Assembly: GCA_910592345.1 (NCBI GenBank)
Contig: CAJVPI010000246.1
Location: forward strand, 1-39,399
Direction: 5' to 3'
DNA length: 39,399 nt
Source: Paraglomus brasilianum
Taxonomy: Eukaryota
The position numbers were made by a program, and so were the translations under genes. The notes under the pieces were generated by a model. The model ran no database searches, was not told where the DNA came from, and saw nothing but the letters and a program-made list of their open reading frames with translations. Below, in pieces: positions 35,176 through 39,399 of this stretch (the first letter of the stretch is position 1; each line of letters opens with the position of its first letter).

Positions 35176-36117
35176 CACACTACTAAAACAGGATCCTTTG
35201 TTCTCGTAATAATCGTAAGCCATATCAGTGTATGTGAAATGCATATGATGTATAAATCGATATAGTTGATCCTTGTTGAGAATGGAAAGACATCCGGAAC
35301 GATTATTGAGCCGTCTGTAAAAAAGAATAATATTAACGACGTGTGTTACATGTAGCACCAGTATCAATTGGGGCATCGATAAGAAATCGTTTCAGGTATG
35401 CACACCATATTATACCAAAGTCTCTAGCATTTTTGTAGCGTATACCGATAGATTTACTATCAAACATTTAACCCTCACCACGTCAAATAGTTTGAAAAGG
35501 TCAATGGGCAAATCCAAATGCGAAGTTCTTGTTGCCTATCTGAAAACAATGATTATCAATCATCATCATTTAATGTCCAAATTTACTAACCATTATATAT
35601 GGATAGTGCAATACGCATCGATAGTTGGGCAAGATGATCACAAGTTTTCTCAATCCAATTCAAAGTTCTAGCGTTCCCGCAATCCGACCCCTGTTTGTAC
35701 GAGGATTGGCGTAAATAAAATTTAGATAGGCAAGTGAAATTATTTTGTGCTAGTATTGTTCCCTTACATGGACCCATTTATAATTTACTGGGAACTCGAT
35801 ACTCTCACAGACCAGGAGCTAACGCACGCTCCTTGTGAGTCTTTCTTCAATTTGTGTATCGGCGGTTTTTTTTCGGGGGGGTTTTTTTAATTGGGACGTT
35901 GGATAATACCAAATGATAAAAAATTTTAAACGTTTGCTAGTTAGTTTCTCGGGTTAAGTCTTCATTGAATTGTTTAGTGCGCTTGTTGACATTCTTGAGC
36001 GTCTACACACTGATAAATATTTTAATTTATTTAGCTAGCCTTATAATTAGTGTATTTAGTCTCATTGTTTGCACTATTGGTTTGAGCGAAGGTTTTTTAA
36101 CCTCTGTTGAATAAATT

Positions 36118-36232
36118 ACCTCATGTCGCACAACCTGCCGGGTCGTACAGGCTCAAACATTATCCCTCCCTTCCTTCATAAATAGAAATATTATGGACTG
36201 TACGACGTGTCGGGTTGTGCGACCTGGCAGGT
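36118..36232. mobile_element. 115-bp MITE-like inverted-repeat element
   Basis: The left arm ACCT--CATGTCGCACAACCTGCCGGGTCGTACAG aligns with the right arm (reverse complement) ACCTGCCAGGTCGCACAACCCGACACGTCGTACAG. AAATT flanks both sides (36113-36117 and 36233-36237). Confidence 0.65.
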
Positions 36233-38379
36233 AAATTCCAAATTGGCGTTCTATAATCTTGACTTAGAGACGCCTTATCAATCTAATGCTGCAAAACTAA
36301 CGACAGAAACACACTTTCACGAGTATGTAGTTTGAGAATCTCCATGGATCCCCGAGACCTTGCAAAGCGGTCTCTCTTAATTTGAGTTTCAAATTATTAT
36401 TATGCTTTTTTTTTACTAGGAGCTGGAAACTAGAAGCCAAAGACTTGTCTTATCCATTCGATTCTCTCGCCAAATGAACATCACAAAAATCAGTTAGTAC
36501 GATACGAGACCAAAGAGGACTAAAGCTAACGAGATGCATCAGCTAGTAGTAGGCCTATCCGTATCACTCGACTCTAAAGAAGTACTCTTTATATGAGAGT
36601 AGGTCACTGTTAAAGTAGACGACCTAAATGAATGACTTCTTTTTTAGATTCATAAGCAACAGAGAAAAAATTTTGAACTCTCTAACAACAGTAACGAGTC
36701 GCTAGCCTATGATTCATTTGAAAAAGTTTTCCGATTATGAGTCGGGTATCCTTGTAGGATGCAGCACGTGAAGTGCTCTTTGAAGAGGAGTGATGAGTTA
36801 GAAAGCTTTTAATCAGCAATCGTTGTCTGAAAATGACTAATTAAAAACAATAAGCGATTCTGTTTAGATGGTCTTTAGAGTACCTTTCAAAAGCTTGCTG
36901 AGCGAATCTAGTCTTTGTGAATTTATAGCTTGTCCATAACAACAATAATAAATAAATATCAAACATGAAAGAAAGTGCGCTGTAGCTAATGATATAAGAA
37001 ACGATCTGCGTTATCAATTTCCCCCTCGCCCGACACCTGTAATATGTTAAAACTAGCTCTAGCGTAGCTTGGCAAAAAAAGCCGTACTTTATAGTTGTTG
37101 GGAAATTAATGCCTGAACCTAGCCCCACACATATTAATAATTAGTACGTGTAGGCACAATACTAGACAATTAATCGTTCTCGAGTAAACCACTATTTCTC
37201 TTCCGATAGGATTAAGCGAGAAATGTCGTCATTTCAACAGGATGTTGTTTTATAACTACGTTATTATGCGAAAACGGACATCTTGTTGGCTTTTGATCTT
37301 TAAGAGTAGGAGAATAGTAAAGTTTGGAGCGATAGGGGAGAGTTTGCAAAACCTGAGTTGATTAATCGTTTTTATATTGTACATCTTTTCGTAAAGCAAG
37401 GCCACGACCTTCTTTTACCAAGATTGAATATAGTAAGTTCGGAAACCGGGCTTGGTTTAAAAAGCGCATGTTGTTAGGTATTGCTGTGCAATCATTATAT
37501 TATTTTATGTTAATTTATATAATAAAATATTGAAAGATAAAGACGCTTATGATACTCCTGGGCAATCCCGGAGATAGCTGACAGATTAACAAGAACGATG
37601 TTTAAAGAGAAATTCAAATACCCAAATTAGATATTTTTTAATGAGCAAAAAACAAGGAGCTTTTCAAGTAATAGATACATGTATACATTCAACTTTTTAC
37701 CATACACGGCATGTAAACAGTTTTGTTTATTTAAATACTAGACGTTTAATACAGCGCGAGAACAGAGTCGTCAATTTACTTGTTAATATTATTTCATTGC
37801 ATTTTGAATTTTCTTATTAAAAAACTTGCTTTATCTTTATTGAGAATAATGTTACTACATAGCGCTGAACTGGATAACATACATTCGTACATGTTGCTTC
37901 ATTTATCACGTAGACCGATTGAGAATACGATGAGTATTGTCTTTATCTGTTGAGTTTTAGCTACTAGTTTGTCGTTCTTTAAAAACTTGAAGATTCAAAG
38001 TTGTAAAGGATTCGATGAATTAAGAATTGGTTCACATAATTCAGTCAGTGGGATTTCCACAATAGGGTCGATTCTTAATGATGATTTAGCCAACTTTATT
38101 ATACTACTTAAGTATATTTTCATAATTATATCTCTAAGAACGGACATTATTACTAATTATTTCTTTAGAGAGTAATTCTTTTTTGCTAGACGAATAATTT
38201 TACTAGTACACTTGTTCGCAGGAATCATGTCTCAAACATATCTTAGTCAATAGATATATTCTCCATCGGTCTTTCTATACTATCCGTAATAATTATAAAT
38301 ATATTACAATTAAATAAGAATTACAGTACTTCTAATCTAATCGCTACTCTTAATGGCCTATCAATTTCGTTAATATATA

Positions 38380-39399
38380 CAGTCCCGGAAAAAAAATACT
38401 GGCGGTAAAACCGTCGCGCGTTTTTATAACAATAAAACTACGTAATAACAATAAGCGCGTTTTTGTTGTGTCTATCTTATTCAGGAAGTGTCGCGCAACA
38501 TGTATATATGTTTTGTTTTGATTGTCTTGCTTCTTAACTTAACTTTTTGTTGTTACAAATGTCAAAAACCCCCGTAAAAACTAATCGTCAAATTGTGAAG
38601 TGCGTTTGGGACCGTGGACACCGGAATGCTGTAGAAATTTCTAAAATAACTGGTGTTCCACTTCGATCTTGTGAACGTTATGTCAGTCTTTTGAAAAAAA
38701 CGGGACATATTCCAAAAATCCGTAAGTCAGGTCGCCCGCGAAAAATTACTTCCGTTATGCGACGTCAACTTGGGAGGATTATTCAAGAAAATTGTTACAA
38801 AACTGCGGCTGAAATAAAGGCTGCATTAGAAAAAAAGCATCCAGACTTAGATGTTACTGAGCGGACCGTTCGTAATGGACTCTCTAGGCTTGAATATGCT
38901 GCAGTTTTGCCCAAGCGGGTTCCTCTTCTGACGCAAAAAGCAAAGGAGATTCGATTAAAGTGGGCACGTGACCACCGACGCTACAACTGGCATAATTTTG
39001 TGTTTTCTGATGAAACAACCATACAATTGTTTCGAAACACATGCCTTGCATGGTCTCGTGACAAGACCCCAGTTACGCCTATGGTAAAGCATTCATTAAA
39101 AGTTCACGTCTGGGCCGCAATTTCTGTATATGGTAAAGTCGGAATGTTCACCTTTGTAGAGAATATGGACCGCCATCTCTACAGAAAAATTCTTAAAGAT
39201 CATTTATATACTAATGCTGATAGACTATACGTGACAAAAACATGGGGTTTTCAGCAAGACAATGATCCTAAACATACATTGAAAGATGTTCAAAAGGATC
39301 TCAAAGAACATCTTCCTGGAAGATGGCCTTCATATAGCCCTGACCTCAATCCTATAGAAAATGTTTGGGCAGTTCTTAAACATAATGTTGAAAAAAGAG
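38380..39399 (+). mobile_element. Tc1/mariner-superfamily DNA transposon, left end plus transposase; truncated by the window edge
   Basis: TA (38378-38379) is followed by CAGTCCCGG, the typical Tc1 TA|CAGT end, 179 bp upstream of the transposase ATG. Confidence 0.9.
38559..39399 (+). CDS. Tc1-like DDE transposase (partial, 280 codons open to the edge)
   Basis: Reads MSKTPVK...SGRPRK...VTERTVRN...WHNFVFSDET...VHVWAAIS...FQQDNDPKH...WPSYSPDLNPIENVWAVLK. It is missing from the ORF track because no stop falls within the window. Confidence 0.95.
   Translation, partial: MSKTPVKTNRQIVKCVWDRGHRNAVEISKITGVPLRSCERYVSLLKKTGHIPKIRKSGRPRKITSVMRRQLGRIIQENCYKTAAEIKAALEKKHPDLDVTERTVRNGLSRLEYAAVLPKRVPLLTQKAKEIRLKWARDHRRYNWHNFVFSDETTIQLFRNTCLAWSRDKTPVTPMVKHSLKVHVWAAISVYGKVGMFTFVENMDRHLYRKILKDHLYTNADRLYVTKTWGFQQDNDPKHTLKDVQKDLKEHLPGRWPSYSPDLNPIENVWAVLKHNVEKR

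Overview
This is AT-rich eukaryotic DNA with many short GT-AG introns. It is most likely an early-diverging fungus (Mucoromycota, Glomeromycotina-like); that assignment is inferred from gene content and intron style. From left to right: (1) the frameshifted 5' end of an IS607-type serine-recombinase (TnpA) gene running off the left edge, next to a 61-bp hairpin; (2) a two-exon 7TM Git3/cAMP-receptor-like GPCR with Tyr/Ser- and Ser/Pro-repeat tails; (3) two intronless, tandem MATA-type HMG-box paralogues; (4) a housekeeping block of CutA, ribose-5-phosphate isomerase, an Msb3/4-like TBC Rab-GAP, an Osh6/7-like OSBP, COG2 and SOG2; (5) a decayed FunK1-like kinase; (6) a small Zn2Cys6 factor; (7) a Tc1-like transposon with an open ORF running off the right edge. 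A second, decayed Tc1 and two MITE-like elements (one with a 9-bp TSD) are also present. The best leads are the IS607 TnpA fragment, which may mark a Fanzor/TnpB element just outside the window, and the GPCR + HMG + HMG module, whose genes share non-coding motifs. All exon models were read by hand and none is confirmed by transcripts or database searches.
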